The notes under the pieces were generated by a model, which was given only the letters and a program-made list of their open reading frames with translations, did not search any database and was not told the origin of the DNA. 20,000 nucleotides of DNA from Vermamoeba vermiformis (lineage: Eukaryota). Positions 19,876 to 20,000 of the stretch are shown piece by piece (position 1 is the stretch's first letter; each line of letters starts with the position of its first letter). A program made the translations under genes and the position numbers. The DNA is taken from positions 120,769-140,768 of the forward strand of contig JBEWZL010000075.1 in the NCBI GenBank assembly GCA_045837725.1, read 5' to 3'.

Positions 19876-20000
19876 TCACTTTAACAACAAATAGCGCGAG
19901 TGCATCAATTGGTGTACTGGCTTATAAGCCAAGATTGGAGCACTGATATTGCCCATAGACTCAAGTACATTCTTGAAGTGGGAATCACCACCAAGGATTA
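19876..20000 (-). CDS. Possible 3' end of an unidentified gene extending beyond the window
   Basis: Open frame ILGGDSHFKNVLESMGNISAPILAYKPVHQLMHSRYLLLK* ending at TGA 19878-19876. No recognisable motif. Confidence 0.35.
   Translation of the reverse strand, partial: ILGGDSHFKNVLESMGNISAPILAYKPVHQLMHSRYLLLK

Overview
Gene-dense, intron-rich eukaryotic DNA, most likely from a protist (amoebozoan-like by inference). Eight genes can be reconstructed from splice sites plus recognisable protein motifs. They are the 3' end of an ATP6AP2/renin-receptor-like V-ATPase accessory protein (+), a DDX41/DDX59-like DEAD-box helicase (-), a ~1036-aa multidomain protein (-), TAF2 (-), a six-domain coactosin/ADF-H protein (+), the minor-spliceosome factor ZRSR2/Urp (-), MCM8 (+) and MAM33/C1QBP (+). 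A ninth gene may end at the right edge. Three observations stand out. (1) The 1036-aa protein joins an unassigned beta-rich N-terminal domain with NLS-like motifs, a peptidase S74 self-cleaving chaperone domain (as in MYRF/MrfA and phage tailspikes), a coiled coil and a YML020W-like alpha/beta hydrolase with an apparently intact Ser-Asp-His triad. This suggests an autoprocessed transcription-factor/lipase polyprotein. (2) TAF2 has two AT-AC introns: one canonical U12-type and one with U2-type signals. (3) A 12-bp palindrome TGACASSTGTCA occurs 7 times, far above chance. All family assignments come from recalled motifs, not database searches.
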